Shown piece after piece: positions 26,059 to 35,677 of a stretch of DNA of 64,000 bases (positions are counted from its first letter, which is position 1; each line of letters starts with the position of its first letter). Position numbers and translations under genes: made by a program. The notes beneath the pieces were generated by a model. The model worked only from the letters and a program-made list of their open reading frames with translations, did not search any database and was not told the origin of the DNA. This DNA is from a virus (lineage: Duplodnaviria > Heunggongvirae > Uroviricota > Caudoviricetes), in IMG/VR virus record IMGVR_UViG_3300025530_000411; one strand, written 5' to 3'.

Positions 26059-27300
26059 GTGAAAAAACAAATCAAAGTCGTTATAGGTGCCAATTTCGGT
26101 GATGAAGGCAAAGGTCTCACCACCGAATATTTTGCAGTCAGGCATCCGAACACATTGGTGGTCCGGTTCAACGGTGGTGCTCAGGCTGCCCACACTGTAG
26201 TTCTACCGGATTCCCGAGAACACGTATTTTCTCACTTCGGAAGTGGCACCTTGGACGGAATTCCCACATATCTGAGCCAATTCTTCCTGATCAACCCCAT
26301 CCTGTACGTGGAGGAAAGGGAGAAGTTGGAACAGAAGATGAAAGATCAAAGAACTCTCCCTGTATTATATGTGCATAGAAACGCCTTCGTTTCCACTCCG
26401 TACGACATGATGATCAACCAAATTGCGGAACTGAACCGTGGGGAAGATCGTCATGGCAGTTGCGGATACGGAATCAGTGAAACGGTAGTGCGTTCCGAAC
26501 ATGAGAAATACAGAATTTCCGTTGCGGACTTGTATGACTCTAGGTTGCTTCAGGAAAAACTCCGAAGCATAAAGGAGGAATATGTGCCACGAAGATTGAA
26601 CGAACTTGGATGTCGATACATACCTGAAGATTATACCTTTGGTTTGACTTCCCATGAAGTATTTGACGCTTTTTTTCATGACTGCGACATCTTCAAAAGA
26701 ACCGTATGCATCACGGACGACAGCATCTTACATGCGTTCGACAGCATCGTGTTCGAGGGTGCGCAAGGACTTCTTCTCGATCAGAATTTGATCGAATATT
26801 CGCCGCACATCACGCATTCGAATACAGGTATCGACAACGTAGTGGAAATAATGCAAAACATGGATTTCGACTACGAAATGGAAGTGGTGTACGTCACTCG
26901 TTCCTACATGACGCGCCACGGTGCTGGTCCGTTCCCGACGGAGACCACTGATAAACCGTATCGGAAGATGTGGGACCTCACCAACGTGCCGAATCCGTGG
27001 CAAGGCAGTCTCAGATTTGGCATCCTGGATGTAGATTTTTTGCACAAAAACGTTATGAAGGACGTTGCCAAAAACACGCTTCCGCATGTACGAAATTCGC
27101 TTATGGTGACATGTCTCGACCAAATCGACGACAAGGCCAAATACATCGTGGATGGCAAGTTCGTGGAAACTGGCATCGACGAATTCCTTGGACGCCTACG
27201 GAACAAATTCGGTGCGGACTGGCACATTTATCAAAGCTGGGGACGCACAAGAAATACAGTAAAATGCCAAGACCTTGTTGCATTGGGGGAGAAAGTATGA
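26059..27300 (+). CDS. adenylosuccinate synthetase (PurA)-family enzyme, divergent (candidate PurZ-type)
   Basis: A GTG start with a GGGAGGG SD. The PurA P-loop (GANFGDEGKGLTT), FNGGAQAAH (compare GGHNAGH), FEGAQGLLLD and HGAGPFPTE are present. The IMP-contacting segments are divergent (GTTGRGIGP becomes GSCGYGISE) and so is the guanine-specificity TKLD motif (TKLD becomes TCLD). Confidence 0.75.
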   Translation: MKKQIKVVIGANFGDEGKGLTTEYFAVRHPNTLVVRFNGGAQAAHTVVLPDSREHVFSHFGSGTLDGIPTYLSQFFLINPILYVEEREKLEQKMKDQRTLPVLYVHRNAFVSTPYDMMINQIAELNRGEDRHGSCGYGISETVVRSEHEKYRISVADLYDSRLLQEKLRSIKEEYVPRRLNELGCRYIPEDYTFGLTSHEVFDAFFHDCDIFKRTVCITDDSILHAFDSIVFEGAQGLLLDQNLIEYSPHITHSNTGIDNVVEIMQNMDFDYEMEVVYVTRSYMTRHGAGPFPTETTDKPYRKMWDLTNVPNPWQGSLRFGILDVDFLHKNVMKDVAKNTLPHVRNSLMVTCLDQIDDKAKYIVDGKFVETGIDEFLGRLRNKFGADWHIYQSWGRTRNTVKCQDLVALGEKV

Positions 27301-27917
27301 AAACGAAACAATTCTTCCTTGTTGCATTTGTCGTGCTAGCATTGACGTCGCTGGCGGGGTGCAATTTTCTGAGCAACACGTTCAAAGACTGGGAGAGTAT
27401 ATTCGCAGGACTCGAGGCTGTATACATGTCCTACGACGAAGACAGCAACATTATCGACCGAATTGAGGCCAAGTCCATACATATCGGCGCAGAGGACAAG
27501 TTTGCACAACGCGATTCCGAAGGGAACATTGTCAAGAATTCCGGCGTGCTGAACTTGACCATCGGCGGCAAGACCATGGTTCATGTGGGCAGCAGTGCAA
27601 TCATCCACGAAAAAGGACTTGTGAATGTATTCGAAGAATATGCAAAAACCGTAGATGTGACCAATATGGATAGGGCTGTACCGTTCGTGAACGACATGGT
27701 CAACAAATTCAAGAATTGGACCACGGGGCAGGAATATGTCATTCTCATTCGTTCGCAGACGGGTAAACCCTTGGCTACATTTGTAGGAACTGACGTGTCA
27801 TATTTCTCCACTCCGATCGACAAGTCTACGGGTATTCTCATTGACGGTATGCGTCTGTTCATCTACCGATGCGACTATTCAATCATTCCGTTGGAATTTC
27901 TTCAACAATATGATTGA
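27297..27917 (+). CDS. lipoprotein
   Basis: Signal peptide MKTKQFFLVAFVVLALTSLAGC. The start overlaps the PurA-like stop (ATGA). Confidence 0.5.
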   Translation: MKTKQFFLVAFVVLALTSLAGCNFLSNTFKDWESIFAGLEAVYMSYDEDSNIIDRIEAKSIHIGAEDKFAQRDSEGNIVKNSGVLNLTIGGKTMVHVGSSAIIHEKGLVNVFEEYAKTVDVTNMDRAVPFVNDMVNKFKNWTTGQEYVILIRSQTGKPLATFVGTDVSYFSTPIDKSTGILIDGMRLFIYRCDYSIIPLEFLQQYD

Positions 27918-27975
27918 CTTTATTTCATATGCAATGATTTGATCGTTGTGTATCAACATACAAGAGGGTTATGAT

Positions 27976-28605
27976 TTGAAGAAACGAATTCTGTTGCTGT
28001 TGACGGTCGTTCTCTGTTTGTTCTTGTCCAGATGCGTCAAGATGGAGAATGCGGTGAGTCTCAACAAGGACGGTTCGGGCGAACTCGCCCTCACGGTGGC
28101 CGTCATGAAAGATGCAGAAGCGGAAATGGACATGAACCTCAACGAAACCGTCGAAAAATTCAAGGACGGCTACAAAGTGGAGCAGTACGATGACGGAGAA
28201 TACGTGGACTACATCATCCGCAAGGAATTTGAATCTGCCGACGGATACAATCTGATCATTGTAGACTTCTCCCAGGAAGACAACTGCTTCCTCAAAGACG
28301 TGAAAATGGAGGACAAGGGCAATAAAATCGTTATCCATGGAACCGTGGCCCCAATGGAAGAAACTGATGAAAATGCCGATTCGGAAACTTCGGCCATGGA
28401 AAACATGATGATACAGATGATGTTCAGCGCTATCAACATTTCGTTCAGCGTCAAACCCGAGGGGAAGGTTCTGAGCCACAATGCGACTTCCCTGCAAGAC
28501 GGGACCTACGTGTGGAAATTGATCCCACCAAATCCATGGAAATCAACTTCGAAATGGAGAAGTCTGGTGGATCGGCAGATTCCAATGCATTCTTCATTGG
28601 GGTAA
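27976..28605 (+). CDS. lipoprotein / secreted protein
   Basis: TTG start followed by MKKRILLLLTVVLCLFLSRC. A C-terminal TM and KKKK anchor is encoded out of frame at about 28560-28670. Confidence 0.5.
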   Translation: MKKRILLLLTVVLCLFLSRCVKMENAVSLNKDGSGELALTVAVMKDAEAEMDMNLNETVEKFKDGYKVEQYDDGEYVDYIIRKEFESADGYNLIIVDFSQEDNCFLKDVKMEDKGNKIVIHGTVAPMEETDENADSETSAMENMMIQMMFSAINISFSVKPEGKVLSHNATSLQDGTYVWKLIPPNPWKSTSKWRSLVDRQIPMHSSLG

Positions 28606-28737
28606 TTATCGTTATCTTGCTTCTGATTATAGTTTCTGCACTCATGATCATCATCCTCAAAAAGAAAAAATAATATGCTATCTGTGGCGAAGCTTCGGCT
28701 TCGCATTTTCCATATGTACTCGGAAAGGTGGATGTGA

Positions 28738-29079
28738 ATGAGAATAAAGGAAATCGTACATATAATAAATTCAAGTGCGGATGAAGACGTTGTTCTGCTC
28801 CTCAAAAACGGCACGCTGTCCGAAGAACGTCTCCTTGAATGTACAGAAAAATTTCGGGCGAAAGTCAAGCGCATAATAGCAAAATACAAGACTTCCGAAT
28901 CTATCTACGATGGTCAGTTGTGGGTGGCGAAAGAAGATTGTTGGAACAATTTCAGGAAGGGTCAGGTTGTTCCAATAAGCCACGTGGATTTGGAAGAGGG
29001 GACTGTAGTCATAGATGGGGTGATGAAGACTACGATTGCCAATCTGAAAGACAAATTCGTTCCAAAAAATGGTCGATAA
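28738..29079 (+). CDS. hypothetical protein
   Basis: A 113-aa ORF with a GGTGGA SD, followed by a terminator. Confidence 0.5.
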   Translation: MRIKEIVHIINSSADEDVVLLLKNGTLSEERLLECTEKFRAKVKRIIAKYKTSESIYDGQLWVAKEDCWNNFRKGQVVPISHVDLEEGTVVIDGVMKTTIANLKDKFVPKNGR

Positions 29080-29118
29080 AACAGAAAGCCGTTCCCTTCG
29101 GAACGGCTTTCTGTTTGT
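29079..29118. terminator. bidirectional intrinsic terminator
   Basis: ACAGAAAGCCGTTCC-CTTC-GGAACGGCTTTCTGT, flanked by A-runs and T-runs, between two convergent genes. Confidence 0.65.
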
Positions 29119-29273
29119 CACGACTGCAGAATTCTATCAAGTTCTTCGAACAGTTCGCCAAACAGCGCATTGAAGATCTTCTCCGACAGCTTGGGCAGCA
29201 GGTCGGGGAAAACTTCCGTGATGAGGAAAAACGCAATGATGAAAAGCAAAAAGTAGAAAATATACTTAATCAT
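29118..29273 (-). CDS. small membrane protein (51 aa), unlisted
   Basis: MIKYIFYFLLFIIAFFLITEVFPDLLPKLSEKIFNALFGELFEELDRILQS, preceded by the conserved TGTAAGGGGGTAT SD-like motif. Confidence 0.4.
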   Translation of the reverse strand: MIKYIFYFLLFIIAFFLITEVFPDLLPKLSEKIFNALFGELFEELDRILQS

Positions 29274-29481
29274 GAAACATACCCCCTTACATTAATTACA
29301 GACATTACTATGATTACATAACTGTTTATGCCTATTGTATCATATACTGTATATCCTGTCAATACTACAATTGCCAATATGGTCTGCATTTCGTCGGGGA
29401 CAAGTACGCGGATGCTTTGTAAAACAAAGAACCGTCCTACATATCAGGACGGTTCTTTGAAAATTCCATTTCGATGTTGAA

Positions 29482-29727
29482 CTACCAGTCTTCCGACAAA
29501 CACTTCACTGTTTTGCACCATCTGAAAGTGATGACTTCGGATTTCGGTGGAAGCATGGGTTCCAAATTGCAGTCGAACTTCACCGAGCACTGTATTCGCC
29601 AATCTGCCGGGATACGCAGTTTGGCAATCGTGTCCCGTACGGTGTTCATCAGGTCCATGGCTTCATCTCGATTCAGATCACCCAACACCAACTTATTGAC
29701 TTGCAGCGCATCCAACATTGCAAACAT
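29482..29727 (-). CDS. hypothetical protein
   Basis: An 81-aa ORF whose start is preceded by TGTAAGGAATG. Confidence 0.45.
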   Translation of the reverse strand: MFAMLDALQVNKLVLGDLNRDEAMDLMNTVRDTIAKLRIPADWRIQCSVKFDCNLEPMLPPKSEVITFRWCKTVKCLSEDW

Positions 29728-29826
29728 TCCTTACAAATCCCCATATGTATTAAAACATGGCGGATGATTGAAAACAGTGCTTCCTTGAAAATCAGAAGGC
29801 GACTGATTCACAGTCGCCTTCTTCCA

Positions 29827-30084
29827 TCACCGATACCCATCTCCGCCGTAATTTACGTACAGCACTCTCGGCTGTTCGTCCTCGGCGGCCTTGCATTTGG
29901 TGGTCATGGTGCGGTTGAATACTTCGGGGTGGTCCGGATGCCAGTCTTCTTCACCTTCCGGCACAAACCCTTGTTCACGGAAAAATTCATCCATGAGTTT
30001 CTCCGCTTGTTCTTCATTTTCCGCCACCACGACCGCACTGCCTTCGCCGCAAAATCCGAGATAGGTATACACGTATACGTACAT
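29827..30084 (-). CDS. hypothetical acidic protein
   Basis: Start at the ATG preceded by GTAAGGAGTGT. The product begins MYVYVYTYLGFCGEGS. Confidence 0.45.
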   Translation of the reverse strand: MYVYVYTYLGFCGEGSAVVVAENEEQAEKLMDEFFREQGFVPEGEEDWHPDHPEVFNRTMTTKCKAAEDEQPRVLYVNYGGDGYR

Positions 30085-30202
30085 CGCCAACACTCCTTAC
30101 TACTTACATGTTTCATGCATTCATTGTACCATGCGGACGGCTGTCTGCATAATACTTGGAATATGAAAAAGGGAAGGCATAATCTGCCTTCCCCTCATGC
30201 CG

Positions 30203-31141
30203 TTATTGATCTTGTTGCTTGCTGTTCTTGGATTGTCGACCGTTCGTGTTGGGGGTGCCTGCTTTCGCGGCCGCAAACATGGTCCCCACTGCCGCCAATG
30301 CATCTGTGGCGCTGTTCGGCACGAAGATTGTATTTGCATTGCCTTCGCCGAGTTTTTCCAAGGCTTCGAACGATCTATATGCGAGAACGTTCGGGTCGAG
30401 TCCGGCTGTTCTCAGCCGCTCGATGCGGTCCTTTTCCGCTTCCGCCACGAGCCGAATGGCTTCGGCACGACCCTGTGCTTCGAGTTCCTGGGCCATTTTG
30501 ACGCCTTCCGCTTCTCGGATGCGGGCTTCTTTTTCGCCTTCTGCACGGAGTATCGCACTTTGCTTTTCGCCTTCTGCAGCGAGGATGGCAGCACGTCTTT
30601 GACGTTCAGCTTGCATCTGCAAGTTCATTGCTTGGCGAATGTCGGCAGGTGGCGAAATGTCGAGGATTTCCACGCGTTCGATGCGAATGCCCCAACTTGC
30701 CGTGGCTTCATCGAGTGCCGCCCGGATGTCCGCAGCGATTTTCTCGCGACCGTCGAGGGTTTCGTCGAGTTGCATTTTGCCGATGCTTTGACGCATCGCC
30801 GAACGGCAAATGTTCGAAATAGCCTGATACATAGATGCCACGCTGTATGTTGCCTTTTCCGCGTCAGTCACTTGATAAAATACCGTAGAATCGAGGGTGA
30901 CGACGACGTTATCCTTGGTAATGACGTTCTGCGGATCGATGTCGATTTGAAGGAGCCGCATGTCCACCTTCGCCTTGACCCTTTCCAGGATGGGCCAGAC
31001 GATTCGAATACCGGCATCCAGGCATCTGTCATACTTTCCCAATCTCTCGACAACGTACATCGTTTGCTGTGGGACAAATTTGACGGCCCGGATGAGGTAG
31101 ATGGCGGCAAAGATGAGAAAAACCAGAACCACGTAAAACAT
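30203..31141 (-). CDS. SPFH/band-7 (stomatin/prohibitin-like) membrane protein
   Basis: An N-terminal TM helix, then an SPFH domain, then a long Ala/Glu/Arg-rich coiled coil (AILRAEGEKEARIREAEG...). The start is preceded by AAGGAGGT. Confidence 0.8.
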   Translation of the reverse strand: MFYVVLVFLIFAAIYLIRAVKFVPQQTMYVVERLGKYDRCLDAGIRIVWPILERVKAKVDMRLLQIDIDPQNVITKDNVVVTLDSTVFYQVTDAEKATYSVASMYQAISNICRSAMRQSIGKMQLDETLDGREKIAADIRAALDEATASWGIRIERVEILDISPPADIRQAMNLQMQAERQRRAAILAAEGEKQSAILRAEGEKEARIREAEGVKMAQELEAQGRAEAIRLVAEAEKDRIERLRTAGLDPNVLAYRSFEALEKLGEGNANTIFVPNSATDALAAVGTMFAAAKAGTPNTNGRQSKNSKQQDQ

Positions 31142-31166
31142 GAGCAATACCTCCTTGTACTATTGA

Positions 31167-31613
31167 TCATCCATCCGAAAGTGGCGAAACCACGAGGATG
31201 TATCCCTGCTTTTCCTCTACCACGACTTTCGTTTCCGGCTTCAAAACGATGGAAGAATGAGTCGTGGCAGTCCATTCACCGTGCCCGACGATTTTCACCA
31301 CACCATATTTTCCGAATTCGATGTCCTTGAGTACAATGGCTTCCTTTCCGACCACGTCAAATTTTGTTTCCTTGTACCCCGGACTTCTTTTATGCACTTT
31401 TTCTGCCAACTTCGGCGTGATGGGAATGAGTGCCAAACTGACGACGGCGACGATCAAGATCTGCAACCAAACCAAGTCTGGGAATATAGCCGCCACGATT
31501 GCGGCAATTCCGGCGCCTACTGCAAACCACAGAGCGTAGAAAGAGACGGTGAATACTTCAACTATCGCAAGTGCAATAGCCAAAACCAACCAGAATACCC
31601 ACATGGATTCCAT
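31167..31613 (-). CDS. NfeD-like membrane protein (OB-fold), partner of the SPFH protein
   Basis: Two N-terminal TM helices and a C-terminal beta-rich domain. It lies immediately upstream of the SPFH gene, which is the classic NfeD-SPFH operon arrangement. Confidence 0.7.
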   Translation of the reverse strand: MESMWVFWLVLAIALAIVEVFTVSFYALWFAVGAGIAAIVAAIFPDLVWLQILIVAVVSLALIPITPKLAEKVHKRSPGYKETKFDVVGKEAIVLKDIEFGKYGVVKIVGHGEWTATTHSSIVLKPETKVVVEEKQGYILVVSPLSDG

Positions 31614-31749
31614 TCACACCTCCCATATCCATAATATCATGCATAAATCTTCAACGTCAATGAAGTTGAAAAGGTGGTTCCATTTATTGACCTACACAAT
31701 CTGCATATGGTATGATTACATTGCAGATTGTCAGAAAGGAGGACAGGTG

Positions 31750-32952
31750 ATGTCCGTCTTCCGCATATTCCTAGTTTCTGTTATGGCAATCGTCCTAACG
31801 GTTTCATCATATGTGTACAGCACCTTTGCCATTTCAACTTCGGACAGGATTTCTGAAATAGAAGAACAAATAAGGGACCTAGATTCTCGCATGCAGGAAC
31901 TGGGGATGGAAAAAGAAAAAACGTCCGAATACTTGGAAAGACTCAAGCAGTTCAAAGAAAGAACTGAACAATATCTGGATTCCATAGACGAGACCATGCT
32001 GTATGCACAAAGTCAGGCACAGGAAATAAAGAAACAGATGGAGGAAATGCAGGAAGATATAAGGCAGGCAGAAGAAGAACTTGCTGAAATAGAAGCCAGG
32101 GTGGAAAGAAAGCAGAATATCCTTGCCGCCAGACTCAGACATATGTATATGATGGGATCCATGCCGTACTTGGAACTTCTTCTTTCTGCAGACAGTATTA
32201 TGGACTTTTTCGTCCGATTGGAATATGTTACGTTCATAATACAGAACGACAAAGACATCGTAGAAAGCTTCAAGGCAGAAAAGGAGCTTGCGGAACAGAA
32301 GAAAAAAGAAATTGAAGAACAACTGCGCGAAGTAGAGAAGAAGCTTCTTCTGATGGAACGGATGAATGTTCTCCTGAAAGAGGAGAAGGTGTACAAGAAA
32401 GAAGACGTGAAGAAGGCACAGGTACAGATAGCTTCCATGGAACGCATAACCGAAAAGCATGAACGGGAAATTGTAGAACTCGCACGGAAACAAAAGGAAC
32501 TCATCGAACTGAAGGAGAGGTTGGAACTGGTCTACAAGGGCGGAGTCATGCTGTATCCACTTGAAGGGGGACAGTATCCGTTGACTTCCGGATTTGGAAA
32601 GAGGACGGACCCGATATCAGGAAAACCAGATGTCATGCACAACGGCATAGACATTGGTGCGCCAGGAGGGACCAACGTTCTGGCGGCAGCAGATGGCGTG
32701 GTGCTTGTGGCGGGGTGGCACGGTGGCTATGGCAATTGTGTGGTCATAGATCACGGCGACGGAATTTGGACCGTTTACGGCCACATGCTTGACGACAGCC
32801 TGAAAGTAAGCGTGGGAGACCGCGTGGTTGCAGGAACTATTATCGGACAAGTAGGAACTACTGGCCGATCAACAGGCTATCACTTACATTTTGAAGTGAG
32901 AAAAAATCAGAAAGCTGTAGATCCTTTACCATATCTGGGCATTAATACGTAA
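31750..32952 (+). CDS. M23-family metallopeptidase with N-terminal TM/signal and coiled-coil region
   Basis: AAGGAGG SD. A long coiled coil is followed by a C-terminal M23 domain (HNGIDIGAPGGTNVLAAADGVV...HGDGIWTVYGHM...STGYHLHFEV). Confidence 0.8.
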   Translation: MSVFRIFLVSVMAIVLTVSSYVYSTFAISTSDRISEIEEQIRDLDSRMQELGMEKEKTSEYLERLKQFKERTEQYLDSIDETMLYAQSQAQEIKKQMEEMQEDIRQAEEELAEIEARVERKQNILAARLRHMYMMGSMPYLELLLSADSIMDFFVRLEYVTFIIQNDKDIVESFKAEKELAEQKKKEIEEQLREVEKKLLLMERMNVLLKEEKVYKKEDVKKAQVQIASMERITEKHEREIVELARKQKELIELKERLELVYKGGVMLYPLEGGQYPLTSGFGKRTDPISGKPDVMHNGIDIGAPGGTNVLAAADGVVLVAGWHGGYGNCVVIDHGDGIWTVYGHMLDDSLKVSVGDRVVAGTIIGQVGTTGRSTGYHLHFEVRKNQKAVDPLPYLGINT

Positions 32953-33050
32953 TGTCCGAACTGATAAAAGAATACACTTAATACCACCAAAGTATGCTCC
33001 ATTTGTATTTATTCTAAACATATGGAAATCGTATACACATACTCAATTTA

Positions 33051-33080
33051 TTGACTATACATGTATATATGTGATAAAAT
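33051..33080 (+). promoter_or_regulatory. promoter TTGACTATACAT...TGTGATAAAAT of the nrd operon
   Basis: Same architecture as the promoter at 20112-20141. An AT-palindrome, ACATGTATATATGT, overlaps the spacer. Confidence 0.5.
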
Positions 33081-33178
33081 ATAAAACAGGACAGTCTGCA
33101 CATTAAACGAAGAAATTATTTCTAAATATGCAGACATGATATATCGATGTATATAGTATACAGATAGGAGGGCTATGG

Positions 33179-33547
33179 ATGCTGGTGGTATATGCTTCTC
33201 GGACTAGTAATGTAGAACGTTTTGTTAATAAATTGGGTGTAAAGAAAATTAAAATATATGACAACTTGATAGTAGAAGAACCTTTTGTTTTAGCAACTTA
33301 TACTACAGGTTTTGGTGAAGTTCCAAAAACAGTTCTAAATTTTCTAATTCGTAATAACAAATATTTAGTTGGCGTGATGGCTAGCGGCAATAAAAATTGG
33401 GGCAACAATTTTGCAAAAAGTGCCGATATTATATCTTCCATGTACAACGTTCCAATTGTAGGAAAATTTGAATTGTCCGGTTTTCATGACGAAGTCGAGA
33501 ATATAAGGAAAGGACTGAGCAGACTTGCGGCACATATTGTTAAATAA
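33179..33547 (+). CDS. nrdI: ribonucleotide reductase flavodoxin-like protein NrdI
   Basis: A YTTGFGEVP-type flavodoxin motif, 122 aa, lying directly upstream of nrdE. Confidence 0.8.
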   Translation: MLVVYASRTSNVERFVNKLGVKKIKIYDNLIVEEPFVLATYTTGFGEVPKTVLNFLIRNNKYLVGVMASGNKNWGNNFAKSADIISSMYNVPIVGKFELSGFHDEVENIRKGLSRLAAHIVK

Positions 33548-35609
33548 TGAGATTACACAAAGAAGACCAGATGGTTTTTTCCAATTGGAAAAAGATAAAG
33601 AGGCTATTGCAGAATACAAAAAGTTTATAAATGACAAGAAAATGAAATGGAATAGTATTGCGGAGCGTGTATCATATTTAATTCAAAATAAGTATTATGA
33701 GGATTTTCTACAACATTATGATCTTATGGACGTAATACACATTTTTGAACTGGCACATAGTTATAACTTTGAATTTCAATCCTTCATGGCAATAAGTAAA
33801 TTTTACGGGGATTATGCACTCAAATCGCAGGACGGCAAATTGTATCTAGAAGACTATCCCGATAGGGTAGCAACTTGTGCATTGCATCTCGCACAAGGGG
33901 ATGTACAAAAGGCTAAAATTTATGTAGACACTATGATGAAACAGTTTGTACAACCCGCTACACCTACCTTCTTCAATGCAGGAAGATATCACAGAGGGGA
34001 ACTTGTTTCTTGCTTCCTCATTGAAATGGATGATAATATCAATTCTATTTCTTATTATCTTGGTGTATGTATGCAACTGTCCAAAATTGGTGGCGGTGTT
34101 GCAGTAAACTTGTCAAAAATACGCGGACGCGGTGAACCTGTAAAAGAAAATGATGGTACTGCCAAAGGTATATTGCCTATCATGCGGATAATGGAAGACA
34201 TTTTTTCTTACGTTGACCAAGGTGGCCAGAGAAAAGGTTCAGGCGCTGCTTACTACAACATATTTGGTTGGGATGTTCAGGAATTTTTAGACTGTAAAAA
34301 AATTAATGTTGATGAAAAAATACGGATTCCCACCTTGTCTATCGGACTAATCGTACCAAATAAATTTTACGAATTAGCTGAAAAGAACCAACCCCTATAC
34401 GTGTTCGGTCCATATTCTGTTTACAAAGAATATGGTGTACACCTTGATGATATGGATATGGATGAGATGTATGATAAACTCATTGCTAATCCCAACGTTC
34501 GCAAAAAAGTTATAATGACTGCAAGAGAAATGTTGATCAAAATTGCAATTACGCAACTTGAATCTGGTTATCCATATATTATGAATAAAACAAACGCCAA
34601 TGTTCATCATGCCTTGAAGGACATAGGTCCAGTAAGAATGTCTAATCTTTGCACGGAAATTTTCCAATTAAGTGAACCGTCCATTATTACCGATGAAGGA
34701 GAACCAAATTACGTAGGCAGGGACATCAGCTGCAATTTAGCGTCGCTAAACATAGTAAATGTCATAGAAAGCAAAAAGATTAAACAATCTGTATACCATG
34801 GCATGGATATGTTGACTGATGTAAGTGACATGTCTGATATCAAGAACGCTGCCAGTATCGCTAGGGCAAACAGAGAACTCCATTCTGTAGGACTTGGCGT
34901 TATGAATTTGGCAGGAATGTTTGTCAAGTATAAAATACCGTATGAAAGTGAAGAAGCGAAAGATTTTGCACGCACGTTTTTCATGATGGTCAATTTCTAT
35001 TCTTTAGAAAGAAGTATGCAAATTGCCAAGGAACGAAATATGGTATTTGCTGGATTTGAAAAATCGGAATATGCAAAAGGCACATATTTTGACATGTATT
35101 TAGACAATGCATATTACCCAACTAAAGAAAAAATCAAAGAACTGTTTAGCGGAATTTACGTTCCAACACCGGAAGATTGGAAGAAATTAAAAGAACAAGT
35201 ACAAGCATATGGTCTGTATCATGCTTATAGATTAGCAATCGCACCTACTCAAAGCATTTCGTATATCCAAAATTCTACAGCTAGTGTAATGCCTGTAGTG
35301 GATGTTATTGAATCCAGAACTTATGACAAGTCCACCACCTATTACCCTATGCCGTATCTGACACCGGAAAATATGTTTTATTACAAGTCTGCATACAATA
35401 TGGACCAATTCAAGGTAATTGATTTGATTGCAGAGATACAGAAACATGTAGACCAGGGAATTTCCACTGTACTCCATGTAAAAAGCGACATCGCTACTAA
35501 CCAGCTTGCACGCTATTATATTTATGCAGCAAAAAAAGGACTCAAATCACTATATTATACTAGAACACGTAATTCGAATCATGAGGAATGTTTGACTTGT
35601 GCAGTATAA
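33525..35609 (+). CDS. nrdE: class Ib ribonucleotide reductase alpha subunit NrdE
   Basis: A 694-aa product with clear similarity to NrdE along its length (LNNEI..., NLCTEI, C-terminal CLTCAV-like tail). It has a TTG start overlapping the nrdI end. Confidence 0.9.
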   Translation: MRHILLNNEITQRRPDGFFQLEKDKEAIAEYKKFINDKKMKWNSIAERVSYLIQNKYYEDFLQHYDLMDVIHIFELAHSYNFEFQSFMAISKFYGDYALKSQDGKLYLEDYPDRVATCALHLAQGDVQKAKIYVDTMMKQFVQPATPTFFNAGRYHRGELVSCFLIEMDDNINSISYYLGVCMQLSKIGGGVAVNLSKIRGRGEPVKENDGTAKGILPIMRIMEDIFSYVDQGGQRKGSGAAYYNIFGWDVQEFLDCKKINVDEKIRIPTLSIGLIVPNKFYELAEKNQPLYVFGPYSVYKEYGVHLDDMDMDEMYDKLIANPNVRKKVIMTAREMLIKIAITQLESGYPYIMNKTNANVHHALKDIGPVRMSNLCTEIFQLSEPSIITDEGEPNYVGRDISCNLASLNIVNVIESKKIKQSVYHGMDMLTDVSDMSDIKNAASIARANRELHSVGLGVMNLAGMFVKYKIPYESEEAKDFARTFFMMVNFYSLERSMQIAKERNMVFAGFEKSEYAKGTYFDMYLDNAYYPTKEKIKELFSGIYVPTPEDWKKLKEQVQAYGLYHAYRLAIAPTQSISYIQNSTASVMPVVDVIESRTYDKSTTYYPMPYLTPENMFYYKSAYNMDQFKVIDLIAEIQKHVDQGISTVLHVKSDIATNQLARYYIYAAKKGLKSLYYTRTRNSNHEECLTCAV

Positions 35610-35677
35610 ATTGATGACGGGTTTAGATGGAAATATGCAAACCCGTTTTAAAGTCTCATTTGATACATGGGGGAATG

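Noticed and set aside
33060-33170. NrdR boxes upstream of nrdI.
   Set aside because: Two AT-rich near-palindromes (ACATGTATATATGT and TGTATATAGTATACA) resemble the consensus only loosely, and they are about 90 bp apart rather than the usual phased pair. The observation is kept as a note only.
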